Assembly: GCA_963707955.1 (NCBI GenBank)
Contig: OY970176.1
Span: forward strand, 512,001 to 576,000
DNA from: Candidatus Bathyarchaeota archaeon
Lineage (GTDB): Archaea; Thermoproteota; Bathyarchaeia; Bathyarchaeales; Bathycorpusculaceae
Direction of reading: 5' to 3'
DNA length: 64,000 nt
A program made the position numbers and the translations under genes. Of the stretch, positions 20,699 to 30,990 are shown piece after piece (position 1 is the stretch's first letter; each line of letters starts with the position of its first letter). The notes beneath the pieces were generated by a model. That model saw nothing but the letters and a program-made list of their open reading frames with translations, was not told where the DNA came from and did no database searches.

Positions 20699-20906
20699 CG
20701 CGCATGCTTGTTCCTAAATTCCCAGATTCAGCTCAGGAGGAAGGCATGACGTTTTCAGATGTCTATGGTTGCCGTCACGGTTCAGCTGAGTGCTTTCGTG
20801 CTCACACCCTTCCCCCCGGGTATCCTATATGATCCAAATATGATTCAAGAGCAAAATGAGTAGCACAAGCCACTTCCCAAAAGAACGCAGGAACATGCTA
20901 GCGCGC
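20698..20906. mobile_element. MITE-like element with GCGCGC-anchored imperfect TIRs
   Basis: Left GCGCGCATGCTTGTTCCTAAATT; right end reverse-complemented GCGCGCTAGCATGTTCCT. Confidence 0.5.
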
Positions 20907-21041
20907 GAAGTTAGCAAAATTTATATGGCTGAAGGACTTTTCTGCATCTAACCGGCCTTAACCGAGGCTCAAGTGTCAGAGTTTGGCACGATGGGTTTTT
21001 GCGGACGGAGGCTGGTTCCGCGAATAGGACGAAAAACGAAG

Positions 21042-21326
21042 ATGCCAAGACGGCTACCAGAAAAAACCAAGAACGCCCCAAGGAAGCCTCGAAGGTTCGG
21101 AAGTCAAAGCAGGTATCGTCCGAGCAGACCGTTCTTGCAGTCGAGGCCAGTGAAGGAGAATCAGGAGATAGAAGTCGTCATCGACGACATTGGAAGCAGA
21201 GGTGATGGAGTAGCCAGAATAGAAGGCTACTTGATCTTTGTTCCCTGCAGCAAGATCGGAGAACGGGTCAGGGTCAAGATCAGGGCAGTGGGAGAGAAGT
21301 TTGCTCTCGCGGAAAAACTAGCATGA
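21042..21326 (+). CDS. TRAM domain RNA-binding protein with basic N-terminal tail
   Basis: PVKENQEIEVVIDDIGSRGDGVARIEGYLIFVP. Confidence 0.88.
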   Translation: MPRRLPEKTKNAPRKPRRFGSQSRYRPSRPFLQSRPVKENQEIEVVIDDIGSRGDGVARIEGYLIFVPCSKIGERVRVKIRAVGEKFALAEKLA

Positions 21327-21341
21327 ATAGAGTGGACAAGC

Positions 21342-21632
21342 TTGAAGATCAATGAACTTCACGACGGAATGAAACGCGTTAACGTTCAAGCTAGAGTCAC
21401 AGAAAAATCAGACCCCCGGGAAGTCGTTTCTCGCTTCAAGGACCAAACATACCGAGTCGCCACGGCCATGGTCGCAGACGAGACAGGCACAGTGAAGCTG
21501 ACACTTTGGAACGACCAGATCGAACTAGTGAACGTCAACGACACTATAAGAGTGGAAAACGGCTACGTCACAAGCTTCAGAGGCGAGATCCAACTCAACG
21601 TTGGAAAATACGGGACGCTAACTGTCGAGTAG
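21342..21632 (+). CDS. ssb: Single OB-fold single-stranded DNA-binding protein
   Basis: VADETGTVKLTLWN, ENGYVTSFRGEIQLNVGKYG. Confidence 0.88.
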   Translation: MKINELHDGMKRVNVQARVTEKSDPREVVSRFKDQTYRVATAMVADETGTVKLTLWNDQIELVNVNDTIRVENGYVTSFRGEIQLNVGKYGTLTVE

Positions 21633-21683
21633 TCTCATGATGGACGAGTCGGTTTCAACCAGCAATCGCGAGAGGTGAGGTGA

Positions 21684-21974
21684 ATGGAGGAAAGAAGAAG
21701 ATTCGAACCCAGAAGAGGAGGATTCGGAAGACGTGAAAGGGGCGGGTTTATCCCCAAACCAGTTGAGGTTGGCAAAGAATACGAGGTGAACATTGAAGAG
21801 CTTAGCAGCCGAGGAGAAGGAATAGCCAGAGTACAGGGCTTGGTGATATTCGTGCCAAACACTAAACAAGGCGAGCACGTCAAAATCAAAGTGACAAGGA
21901 TAAGCAGAAGGTTTGCAGAAGCCGAGGTTGTTGGAAAACCTCAGGTCGAAAGCGAGGAAAAAGAAGACGAATAG
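21684..21974 (+). CDS. TRAM domain RNA-binding protein with RGG-rich N-terminus
   Basis: PKPVEVGKEYEVNIEELSSRGEGIARVQGLVIFVP. Confidence 0.9.
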   Translation: MEERRRFEPRRGGFGRRERGGFIPKPVEVGKEYEVNIEELSSRGEGIARVQGLVIFVPNTKQGEHVKIKVTRISRRFAEAEVVGKPQVESEEKEDE

Positions 21975-22316
21975 GCCAGCTGAGAAAAGAACAAAATGAT
22001 TCCTTCCACACTCATAGAATCATCCGCCAAGATCAACCATTCCGAAGCCATGCCACATAAAACAGATAGGTTCTTGCCCATCAAAAACCGCTGCTTAGAG
22101 TACAGCCTTGAAACAACGTCAGCGCATGTCCTGTAACGTATAAGATTCAAGCATGTCAGTGGCGTTTTCAGCATCATCACTGTCGAGAATGCAACTGTCT
22201 TGTCGATAGAAGTGTGAGGAAGAACTTTGGTTATTAGACAATGTTTCTATGCGCCCGGCATGATGAAGGGGGGGTATGGGTCCTACGACTGGCTTTTAGC
22301 GCGCGCCTGGACGCAA

Positions 22317-22757
22317 TCATTTTTTCTTAAAGAAGAGCCAATTCTGCTTGCCTTTCAGTCGTACGAGGACGTAGGACCCTCGTAGTTTTTCGCCGTTGAT
22401 TTCTACGATGAGTTTGTCCTCTTTTCTGTCTATCAACTTGTACGTTCCCTTGTCCCAGATCTCCACCGTTCCTGCGCCGTATTCGCCCTCAGGAATGGTT
22501 CCTTGAAAGGTCGCGTATGATATGGGGTGGTCATCAACTTGGACCGCGAGTCTTTTGACACCGAGCTCGATGGGCGGCTCTTTTGGGATTGCCCAGCTTT
22601 TCAGCGTGCCGTCCATCTCCAAACGCAGGTCGTAGTGCAGATGTGTCGCAGCGTGCTTCTGAACAACGTAGATGTTGCTCTGTCCTTCTCGTAGCTGACC
22701 CTTAGGCTCCGATGTTTTGTCGAAGTTTCTCTTGTTCTTATACTCCCTCAAGCTCAA
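22317..22757 (-). CDS. Stand-alone LigD-type 3'-phosphoesterase domain
   Basis: [37 protein letters not shown]. Confidence 0.92.
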   Translation of the reverse strand: MSLREYKNKRNFDKTSEPKGQLREGQSNIYVVQKHAATHLHYDLRLEMDGTLKSWAIPKEPPIELGVKRLAVQVDDHPISYATFQGTIPEGEYGAGTVEIWDKGTYKLIDRKEDKLIVEINGEKLRGSYVLVRLKGKQNWLFFKKK

Positions 22758-22977
22758 ACCGTAATTCTCCTCTCACACGAGCCTCTATCGACTAGGATGT
22801 TTTTAGCTCTTCGAGGAATTCTGTGAGGTCAGCGTTGTACGTACCCGCTTCGTCGCTGATCTTTCGTTTTGCAGCGGTTTGCGCCAGCGAAGCCCGCCTG
22901 CCATCCAGTTAGCTTCTTTCGTTGAAATCCCCTCTGCATAATTTACGAACAAGTCTCTTAGAGCAAAAGATCCGTTT

Positions 22978-23097
22978 TCAGCCGCCCGTCACTGCGTCTG
23001 TGCCTAGGCAGCACTCGCAACCGGAAGACTCGCCGCAGTACGGACACACGCACTTGCAGTCGTCAATCGGATACCCGCACCTTTCACATATAGGCAT
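22978..23097 (-). CDS. 39-aa Cys-rich microprotein (not in ORF track)
   Basis: MPICERCGYPIDDCKCVCPYCGESSGCECCLGTDAVTGG; 9 Cys; alternative ATG at 23115. Confidence 0.7.
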   Translation of the reverse strand: MPICERCGYPIDDCKCVCPYCGESSGCECCLGTDAVTGG

Positions 23098-23477
23098 GTC
23101 ATCCTTGAGTTTCATTCTTCTCGCCTACGTCACTCTATTCAACATCTTGGGAATTAAACTTTCCCAAATTAGTGCATAAACAGGGGAACCGGCGCGCGCT
23201 GGTTCTGGGTATTGCCGAGCCCTATGTAAGCACCAAATATGAGGTTGTGTTTTTGTGTCGCCGGTATTACTGTACACGGTGAATTCCGTCGGATCTATTC
23301 CATTCCACTTAGGGACTATTACAGAAATCCATTCAAGAAGTTTAGCGCGCACGGGGTAAACTTTACCCCCAAACCCAAACAGTGACTACGACGGTGACGA
23401 CGACTAATATTTAGCGCGCGCTAAAAAATCTTATATCTAAGTAATTGTTCCTTTCTGAGTAGAAGTTGTGATTATTC

Positions 23478-24458
23478 ATGGCTGTTAAAACAACAACGGG
23501 ATATATAGACTTGCTAAACAAAGCGGTTGAACGTGAAATTGCTGTTTCACTCCAGTATATACTTCAACATGCAAAAATGGAAAAGCTCGTGCGCAGAACA
23601 ATCCCTGAAAACATCCTTCTGGACAAAACCACCTATGACGCCGTTGGAAAATTCCTAAGAGAACTTGCCATCCAAGAAATGAAACATGCCGCAAGCATAA
23701 TAGCGCGTATTTACTATCTTGGAGGGAAAGCAACCACTAAATCCGGCAAACCTAACATTGGCGACAGCATAAGCGAATTCGCCAAACTAGGCGTAAAAGC
23801 TGAAGAAGAAGCGTTAACGCTTTACCGCCAAATCATCGAGACTTCTGGGAAAATGGGCGATTGGGAAACACGTGAACTCTTCGAGAAAATCTACGGTGAA
23901 GAAGAAGGACACTTATTCAAGTTCCAAGAATACACCAAATTCCAAGACGAGAAAGAAGAGCCAAGCAAAGTGCCTTTGCCTAAATGGCGCAAAATATACA
24001 CAGACGATTACTTTGCCCTCTTAAACAAGGCTGTTGCAGCGGAAATCACCGGAATAATCCAATACACAAATCAACATGAAAAAGCGGTTTTTCTTGAACT
24101 TCGAATGAAGAACGCACCGCTAGAAACCATAACTGAAACCAACAAAGCCAACGTCGTAAGCAAGATACTGAAAGAAATCTTCATGCAAGAAATGGATCAC
24201 TTAGAAAAAATCAGCGAAAGAATCTATTTGCTTGAAGGCGAAGCAACAACCAATCCAGATCCACTTCCAGTTGTCGGCAACACAGCTATGGATTTCCTAA
24301 CATTGGATCATGCATTGGAAAGTAGCGCAATATCACTGTACCGCCAAATCATCGCTGAAGCACTCAAATGCGGCGACACAACAACAAGGCGCATGTTCGA
24401 AGACATAATAATTCAAGAAGAAAATCACTTCTGGACATTCGATGACTTCGTTAGATAA
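23478..24458 (+). CDS. Tandem ferritin/bacterioferritin-like diiron protein
   Basis: Two repeated domains with E...QY, EMxH, E..A...Y and EExH motifs. Confidence 0.88.
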   Translation: MAVKTTTGYIDLLNKAVEREIAVSLQYILQHAKMEKLVRRTIPENILLDKTTYDAVGKFLRELAIQEMKHAASIIARIYYLGGKATTKSGKPNIGDSISEFAKLGVKAEEEALTLYRQIIETSGKMGDWETRELFEKIYGEEEGHLFKFQEYTKFQDEKEEPSKVPLPKWRKIYTDDYFALLNKAVAAEITGIIQYTNQHEKAVFLELRMKNAPLETITETNKANVVSKILKEIFMQEMDHLEKISERIYLLEGEATTNPDPLPVVGNTAMDFLTLDHALESSAISLYRQIIAEALKCGDTTTRRMFEDIIIQEENHFWTFDDFVR

Positions 24459-24767
24459 AACTAATAATTCTTTTTTTATATCGAAAATTTTAGGCGCGCG
24501 CGTGCTACAGTTTCGACACTAGATTTTTAAGTCTCAGTAATTACGGTTATTCATGTTAGAAGGCATTAAATTGCCGAAAGAAAAGCGGAAATCATATTAA
24601 ACTTTCTTGTGGACCGCCTGTTATCGCAAGTTCAACTCCTTTTGCAGTGAACAAGTATGTTAAACAGACGGTAACTTCGTCTCAGCACGCGCTGACGATG
24701 ACAGTGAATCAAACAGCAGAGCTTATATGAAGTCATCCGAATAGTGAACATCAAGGTGAAAGGCCAA

Positions 24768-25271
24768 ATGGACAAGACCTTAGATAATTTGAAAGCAGCG
24801 TTTGCAGGCGAGTCTCAGGCAAACAGGCGCTACCTAGCATTTGCTCAGAAGGCCGAGGAAGAAGGCCGACCGCAGGTCGCGAAACTATTCAGGGCAGCTG
24901 CTGAGGCAGAAACCGTCCACGCGTTGAACCACATGAGAGTCATAGGAGAAGTTAGAACAACGGCTGAAAACCTGAACGCTGCTGTTGGGGGAGAAACCTT
25001 CGAGTTCAAACAAATGTACCCCGAATACCTCAAGATGGCGAAGGAAGAGAAGAATAGTCAAGCGACCTGGAGCTTCAACGTGGCAAACCAGGTTGAACAG
25101 GTCCACGCAAAACTCTTCACAAAAGCAGTCAACGCCTTGAAAACCGGGAAGGAACCGCCAAAAGCCGAATACTACGTTTGCAGCGTCTGCGGCAACACTG
25201 TCGAAAATGAACCGCCTGAAAAATGTCCTATCTGCGGAAACCCCAAGTCAAAGTTCTTTAAAGCAGCGTAG
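24768..25271 (+). CDS. rbr: Rubrerythrin
   Basis: AFAGESQANRRY, AETVHA, C-terminal CSVCG...CPICG. Confidence 0.93.
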   Translation: MDKTLDNLKAAFAGESQANRRYLAFAQKAEEEGRPQVAKLFRAAAEAETVHALNHMRVIGEVRTTAENLNAAVGGETFEFKQMYPEYLKMAKEEKNSQATWSFNVANQVEQVHAKLFTKAVNALKTGKEPPKAEYYVCSVCGNTVENEPPEKCPICGNPKSKFFKAA

Positions 25272-25300
25272 AATCGCTCTTTCACACAGCTTTCTCTTGG

Positions 25301-25642
25301 ATGCCAGAACCCATGACCATCAAAACACCGAGGGAGTTCTTTGAGAAAGCCTTGCCGAGCAGGTTCGACCCAAGCAAGGCAGGAGGGCTTGAGGCGGTGA
25401 TCCAGATGAACATCACAGGGTCCAACGGAGGAGACTGGACGATAATTATCAAAGACGGAAAGATGGAAGTAAAGCAGGGAATCCACGCGTCTCCCGAAAT
25501 AGCGATCAAAATCGTTGACACGGACTTTGTTGACTTGATCAACCGCAAACAGAGCGCTCTGACAGCGTTCATGTCTGGAAAAATCCAATTCAAGGGAAGC
25601 CTGGCCCTCGGGCTGAGACTCATTGACGCTGGATTCATCTAA
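25301..25642 (+). CDS. SCP2 sterol/lipid-binding domain protein
   Basis: AFMSGKIQFKGSLAL signature. Confidence 0.85.
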   Translation: MPEPMTIKTPREFFEKALPSRFDPSKAGGLEAVIQMNITGSNGGDWTIIIKDGKMEVKQGIHASPEIAIKIVDTDFVDLINRKQSALTAFMSGKIQFKGSLALGLRLIDAGFI

Positions 25643-25692
25643 TACGCTCTAAGGCTTGTTCTTCCCTCGAGGTCTGATGCGAAAAGAATTGA

Positions 25693-26427
25693 TTGACGAT
25701 GAATCCTACATACAAGGGCTCCGTTGAGTCGCTCAGGGATTTCTGGGAGAGCAGAAGCGAATCTTTCGAAAGGGACTATGGCATACGCACGGAAGGAATC
25801 GTCAGGATAGTCAACGGAATTGCAGAGTTGATTAAGGGCAGGCTGGTCCTCGACATCGGGTGCGGTCCTGGAATCGCTGGAAAGCTTTTTCCAAGGAACA
25901 GCGACACCGTGGGTCTGGACTTCTCCATCTCAATGCTGAGAAGTGCAAAGAATCGCATCCGACAACTGGTTCTTGGAGACTCTCTTAACCTTCCATTCGG
26001 CAGTGAGACTTTTCAAATTGCAACCTGTTTCTTCGTGGCCTCAGACTACTCACAAAAGGAGCGTATCTTTTCAGAGGCCTTTCGAGTCCTCCAAGACAAG
26101 GGACTGCTACTGTTTGCCGACTACTCACCCAGGGACGAACATTGGAAGCTTAGGAGAAGAATTCGTCCAGTTATGGGCGAAAGCTTCTCAATTTACATAG
26201 AGGACGGGAAAACGCTTTCGAACAAGCTGGAGCAGACCGGGTTCAAGGTTCGAGAAGCCAAGCTCATCCGATTCGACGCCGCTTTTGAACTCAAACGGTA
26301 CGTAAGAACAGAAACGGAATTACAACTGTTGAAAGAAACCGATCCTGACCTTTTCACGCATGTTCAAGGCCTAACAGAACGCAAGAGAATCAGGCGAGAA
26401 TTCATCCTCCTAGTCGCCAGAAAATAG
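25693..26427 (+). CDS. Class I SAM-dependent methyltransferase
   Basis: VLDIGCGPG, GLDFSISML, GDSLNLPF. Confidence 0.88.
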   Translation: MTMNPTYKGSVESLRDFWESRSESFERDYGIRTEGIVRIVNGIAELIKGRLVLDIGCGPGIAGKLFPRNSDTVGLDFSISMLRSAKNRIRQLVLGDSLNLPFGSETFQIATCFFVASDYSQKERIFSEAFRVLQDKGLLLFADYSPRDEHWKLRRRIRPVMGESFSIYIEDGKTLSNKLEQTGFKVREAKLIRFDAAFELKRYVRTETELQLLKETDPDLFTHVQGLTERKRIRREFILLVARK

Positions 26428-26521
26428 CAAGCGCTCTCTTACTCACATCTTTGTGACGGAAGAAGCAATTCATGCAGTGTAAAAGGCTATTAAAGGAATA
26501 TAACAAATATCCAACGGATAT

Positions 26522-26974
26522 ATGATGGATTTCACAATTCCCCACACGATGGAGATAGAGCACGAGGAGCTGCACAAAGAGCTGAGAAAGGGGACAAGAG
26601 AGGGCGGCGAAACAGGAGAAGCGGCAAAGAAAGTGGCGAAGATTCTTCATCCACATTTTGTGAAAGAGGAAGATTTTGCCTTGCCGCCACTTGGGCTGTT
26701 GCCTCTGCTTTCAAAAGGCAGGGTAACGTCAGACATGAAGGACATCTTGCTTATGACCGACAAGCTGAAGACAGAGCTTAACCAGATGCTGAAGGAACAC
26801 AAACAAATAGTCACTGCCCTCAAAAAACTGGTCTCTGCCGCAAAGAAAGAAAGGAAACTGGAATACCTCCGATTTGCCGACAGACTTACCCTACACGCGC
26901 AGGCTGAAGAAGAATTGTACTATCCGGCTGCGATACTAGCAGGCGAATACGTGAAGGTTAAACTTAGAGAATAG
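26522..26974 (+). CDS. Hemerythrin/HHE-like cation-binding protein
   Basis: EHEELH, HFVKEE, EH, HAQAEE...YP. Confidence 0.8.
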   Translation: MMDFTIPHTMEIEHEELHKELRKGTREGGETGEAAKKVAKILHPHFVKEEDFALPPLGLLPLLSKGRVTSDMKDILLMTDKLKTELNQMLKEHKQIVTALKKLVSAAKKERKLEYLRFADRLTLHAQAEEELYYPAAILAGEYVKVKLRE

Positions 26975-27531
26975 CTTGTCCGCCCAGAGCAGAGACTTAG
27001 AAGACTCGTTTGGCAACGATCCCCATTCTGACTTCGATGACGAGAGAGGCGCGCACTAGGTTTGCAGCACACGCGTAGTCAAGAGTGTAAATCTCTTCAA
27101 TTGAAAGAATATACAGGTACCTTATGTTTTCAAGGTCCTAGTTTTCTTCTTTTTGCAGCACAAACCCGTCTTTTTCAACGTTGTCAATTGAAAAAAGCAA
27201 AAAATACTTCAAACGGGCAAGTATCAATCGATGAGTGTGGTGGATGGTCTTTCTCCCTTCTCCTTTCATTCTACCATCCTCCTCATGAAACATGTTCTAT
27301 GCATACTAAGTCCCAAAGCATCTCCGAAAATGGAAAAGGGCAAGAAATGGATTCCAAGCAGTTCTACGGGTTCTAGCGCGTGCTTGCTTGTTAATGCTCG
27401 CGTTGGGCTCATTATGGATTTTCGAATCAAGACGAAGACTGAGAGTTGATGTTTTTGTCGCTTGTGGGTTGATGCTTCAGCTCTTGCCGTGGTTGAGCGC
27501 GTTCTGATCTGGTTCATGAGTTCAGCGGTGC

Positions 27532-29829
27532 TCAGGCTGGCAGTTTGGTTTGTCGCTGTCCTCTAACCTCATCATAAGTGGTCTTTACGGAATAGCCGAA
27601 AGGACTGAGCATGTTGGCGGCTGACGCGTATAGAAGGAGCAGGTACTTCTTAACATCTGAGCTCGTGTTCTTCTCTATCAATTCTTCAGCCGTAACCCTC
27701 CGGTCGTAGCGTTTGTTCTCGGCGCTGGTGAAGAGGAACTTCACGTTTTTTCCAGCGGCAACCTCGACGCCTTCTTTCATCAGTTGTTTGGCTGCGATGA
27801 CTTGACTGACCATCTGCTTGTACCTCTTCGGGTCTTTGGACAAGTGCTTCGTGATTATTAGGTCCCAGACAGAAACGTCTCCTGCAAGGAGCTTCTCTCT
27901 GAAGTCCCTTAAAACCTTCAGCGCGTTAGGGATCTTCTTAAGAAATTCCTTTGAGTTCTTGGCCTCTGCAAGCACTTCCAGCATTCTGGTCTGAGCATCA
28001 TGCACAAACGGAGGCGTGTCTCTTCTTCTAACCTCCAGACCTCTGACCTTGATTTTGCCACTCTCCATCACTCCGTAGTAGCGATTCAAAACGCCGACGT
28101 TTGGATGCATCCTAGACGGTAGAAATACGATCCAGTTGTAGCGGCCTTCAAAGCTCAGTGGGATCTTGGTCTCTTCAGCGATCTGTCTGCAGAGTTCGTG
28201 ATATTCCTCGTCTGTGGCCCCCTTCTTCTTCAGCCACAGAGAATCAACAATACCATGAATGACCCTGAACCCCTTTTGTTCGGCAATTCTTGACGCTTTC
28301 AAGAAAGCATCTCTGCCGAAAGCACAGACGCCGATGTGTCCGTCTACAGTCCCGAACCTTGCGTTTCTGTAGCCGAGATAGCCAAAACACGTGACGAGAA
28401 TCCATTTCAAAGCCGTCTGACGATTATCATAAACCATCCTGAGTCTCTCGTCGTCGGTTTCCGATTTCAGCTTCTTGTAGAGAAGCCTCTTCGCGATCAT
28501 CGGCTTCAGAGCCTTGGGAACGATTCCAACCTTTTTCTCGCAGATGTTATATTCAAGCTCGGGAATGCGGAGTTTCGAGTCGGGACAGCATTTGCAGAGA
28601 ACCGTTTCGGCAGAAATGTTGTTATTAACCATCATAGTCGGGTACATGGAGGCAAAGTCAACTTCGCCAACGTCATCGTGAACTCCAACCTCTGGCTCAT
28701 AAACGAAGCCTCCTCGGTCTCCGACTAGCAGCTCGAGAGTGGATTTGAAGGCTTCTGGGATGCTCTTGTTCCTAGGAACTAAAACGTCGTCTTTTATGGC
28801 TTGGTAGAACTGAATGGACGACATGCTTGAGCCGATTGACGAGCGCGCAGCAGTGTGCAACGATACCCTGCAAGTTCTGGCTATCTCATACAGTCCATCC
28901 AGTCCACACTCAGCCAAGATGAACGTGTTCTTCTCGTCGACATGGACTCTGCCGTACAATCGTCTCATCGGAGCGCGATAATACGTTCGTCCATAGGAAA
29001 AGAAGGTTCTGCCCCGAACGTTTCTTGCAACAAGAGGAACCCCGTCTCTGCTTAGAACAAGCTTATCCAAAACCCCATTGATGACTGACCTGCGCACGAG
29101 ATATGGGAAAAGATAGGAATCTCCACCTTTGGTAACGATGATGTCTGGGTCAAGTTCTGCGACGGTTCGTGCTAGCCGAAGCAGCATGTCTTTCTCATCA
29201 CCCGAATCAAAGATCACCTTGTCATCGCCCTGGCTCACAACCACCTTGCCAATCGGGTCAGTGATCTTGGCGATCTTGCCCTGTTTGGCAACCTCAACGT
29301 CGACTTTCGAGATGCGCAACGGCGGAACCGTGTAGTCCACGCTTTCAGCGGAATCCAGAAGACGGTACTTCAACTGGGAACCTTCAAACTCAACCTCGAC
29401 AAACGCCAGAGGAAAAACGTCGCGATTGTAGAAGTACAGCTGCTCGTGTTTCAAGTCGCAATTGAAAACGTGATACTGCAAGTATCTTCCGGCCTTGAGG
29501 ACTCTTTGAGTAAATGACGGTGAAGCTCGGCAGTCTTTCAGAGTCACTTCCAAGACTTTGGACTGTTTGGAGTCAGTTGTGTCTGCGTATCTTCGAACAA
29601 AATCCCAGGAGACAACGGCCCTATCGTAAATGAATTGACTAGCAAGTCTTTCCAGCCTGTCTTCATTCCCTGAAACGTAGATTTTGGGCTTGAAACTGTC
29701 CGTGAAGCGTAGGCGTTCTCCGTTTTCAGCTATTACCCAAACCGTGAACTCTCCAAACGCAGAAGGATATACGTCGAGTACCCAGCCTTTCACCCGGTCA
29801 GGGTTGGGCAAGCTTCTGCTTGATTGCAA
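27532..29829 (-). CDS. polB2: Family B DNA polymerase, PolB2 type
   Basis: DFASMYP, ALKWILVTCFGYLGY, altered motif C HGIVDSLW; degenerate exonuclease region. Confidence 0.9.
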   Translation of the reverse strand: MQSSRSLPNPDRVKGWVLDVYPSAFGEFTVWVIAENGERLRFTDSFKPKIYVSGNEDRLERLASQFIYDRAVVSWDFVRRYADTTDSKQSKVLEVTLKDCRASPSFTQRVLKAGRYLQYHVFNCDLKHEQLYFYNRDVFPLAFVEVEFEGSQLKYRLLDSAESVDYTVPPLRISKVDVEVAKQGKIAKITDPIGKVVVSQGDDKVIFDSGDEKDMLLRLARTVAELDPDIIVTKGGDSYLFPYLVRRSVINGVLDKLVLSRDGVPLVARNVRGRTFFSYGRTYYRAPMRRLYGRVHVDEKNTFILAECGLDGLYEIARTCRVSLHTAARSSIGSSMSSIQFYQAIKDDVLVPRNKSIPEAFKSTLELLVGDRGGFVYEPEVGVHDDVGEVDFASMYPTMMVNNNISAETVLCKCCPDSKLRIPELEYNICEKKVGIVPKALKPMIAKRLLYKKLKSETDDERLRMVYDNRQTALKWILVTCFGYLGYRNARFGTVDGHIGVCAFGRDAFLKASRIAEQKGFRVIHGIVDSLWLKKKGATDEEYHELCRQIAEETKIPLSFEGRYNWIVFLPSRMHPNVGVLNRYYGVMESGKIKVRGLEVRRRDTPPFVHDAQTRMLEVLAEAKNSKEFLKKIPNALKVLRDFREKLLAGDVSVWDLIITKHLSKDPKRYKQMVSQVIAAKQLMKEGVEVAAGKNVKFLFTSAENKRYDRRVTAEELIEKNTSSDVKKYLLLLYASAANMLSPFGYSVKTTYDEVRGQRQTKLPA

Positions 29830-30070
29830 CGAGTCCCTTCTCCAGACGATTCAGTTTCTTTTGTTGTTCCAGCAGGATTGACATGACCATCGGCTCAAAA
29901 ATCTCAGGTCGTGTTGCATTGCTTCCTGCGGAGGCGTGGTTTCTGCACACGTCGGTCATCTGTTCAAACGCGCTTCTGTCATCAGCGCGCAGAGCCTTGA
30001 CAAACCCGCTCCAGCTCTGAATCTCCGTGTCTAAAGCAAGTCGATAAGACTCAACAGTCTTTCCCATCAT
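29798..30070 (-). CDS. Small PolB2-associated helical protein
   Basis: MGKTVESYR...W..F..ALR..D; sits between the RadA-like gene and PolB2 with overlapping ends. Confidence 0.8.
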   Translation of the reverse strand: MMGKTVESYRLALDTEIQSWSGFVKALRADDRSAFEQMTDVCRNHASAGSNATRPEIFEPMVMSILLEQQKKLNRLEKGLVAIKQKLAQP

Positions 30071-30801
30071 TGAGCACCTCTCTCGAAATCTTTCAACGTC
30101 AAGTTTTCAGACTGGAAATCAACAGTCGCCAGCTTGAACACCGAGTGCTTTTGAAGAGTGAACTGCTTGTCGAAGGGGTACGTCGGTTTCTTGCCTATGG
30201 ATATCGTGACGTTGGACCTTGCGCACAAAACGGCATCGAAGAAAGCACTGCGCCTAGAATAGTAATGTGGTAGACACGTCGCTAATACGATGACGCTCTT
30301 GTCTTCAGCAAACTTCGAGAGGTATGCCGTTACTTGAGTGAAGACCTCTCTGCTTTCTTCTGGCGGGACGTCTTTGTCGAGGTATAGCCCCTGAAAATCC
30401 GAAATGATCACGAGTCCAGCATCGTATCTTGTGACAGCTTCTTCAAGTCTGTCAAGGATTATTGAGGTCATCTGGTGCGCTGTAAAAGCTCTTGAAATGA
30501 AGATTCGCTGCAAAACGTTCCTTGGTTTCAGATGATGGAGTCGGGCCAGTCGAGACACTTTGTAGAGCCTAAAAGTGTTCCCTCCGTCGACAAACACGAC
30601 ACTGGACTCCAGTCCTCCCAACTGGTATGGGAGTTGAGTTCTGACGGCAAGCAGCAACGAGAGCGTCAATATAGACGGCAGGCCATGAACGACGGCGAAG
30701 TCGCCTAACATGAACCCTGGGAATAGGGTGTCTATGTTTTCCATGTTGAATGATAGTAGCGCCTTAGATGAAATCGGCTTAACCACCGCATTCTGTGCCA
30801 A
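30067..30801 (-). CDS. Inactivated RadA/RecA-like ATPase of the PolB2 operon
   Basis: LGGLESSVVFVDGGNTF, ISRAFTAHQ; no Walker A lysine. Confidence 0.82.
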   Translation of the reverse strand: MAQNAVVKPISSKALLSFNMENIDTLFPGFMLGDFAVVHGLPSILTLSLLLAVRTQLPYQLGGLESSVVFVDGGNTFRLYKVSRLARLHHLKPRNVLQRIFISRAFTAHQMTSIILDRLEEAVTRYDAGLVIISDFQGLYLDKDVPPEESREVFTQVTAYLSKFAEDKSVIVLATCLPHYYSRRSAFFDAVLCARSNVTISIGKKPTYPFDKQFTLQKHSVFKLATVDFQSENLTLKDFERGAQ

Positions 30802-30990
30802 AATTGCTCACTTCCTCGAGTCAACAGGGATTAAAACATGCGATTCTTCGAGCTTTTAACAGTTAAGTTGAACAGTAAATCGCTGGGTGTGGAGAGTAAA
30901 GTTAAAGTGAAAACCATAATACCACGCAGCACGAACGTGCTTCACGAGTGCTAACAAAGTATAAGTTGCCAATTTGAAGCATAAGTTGTT

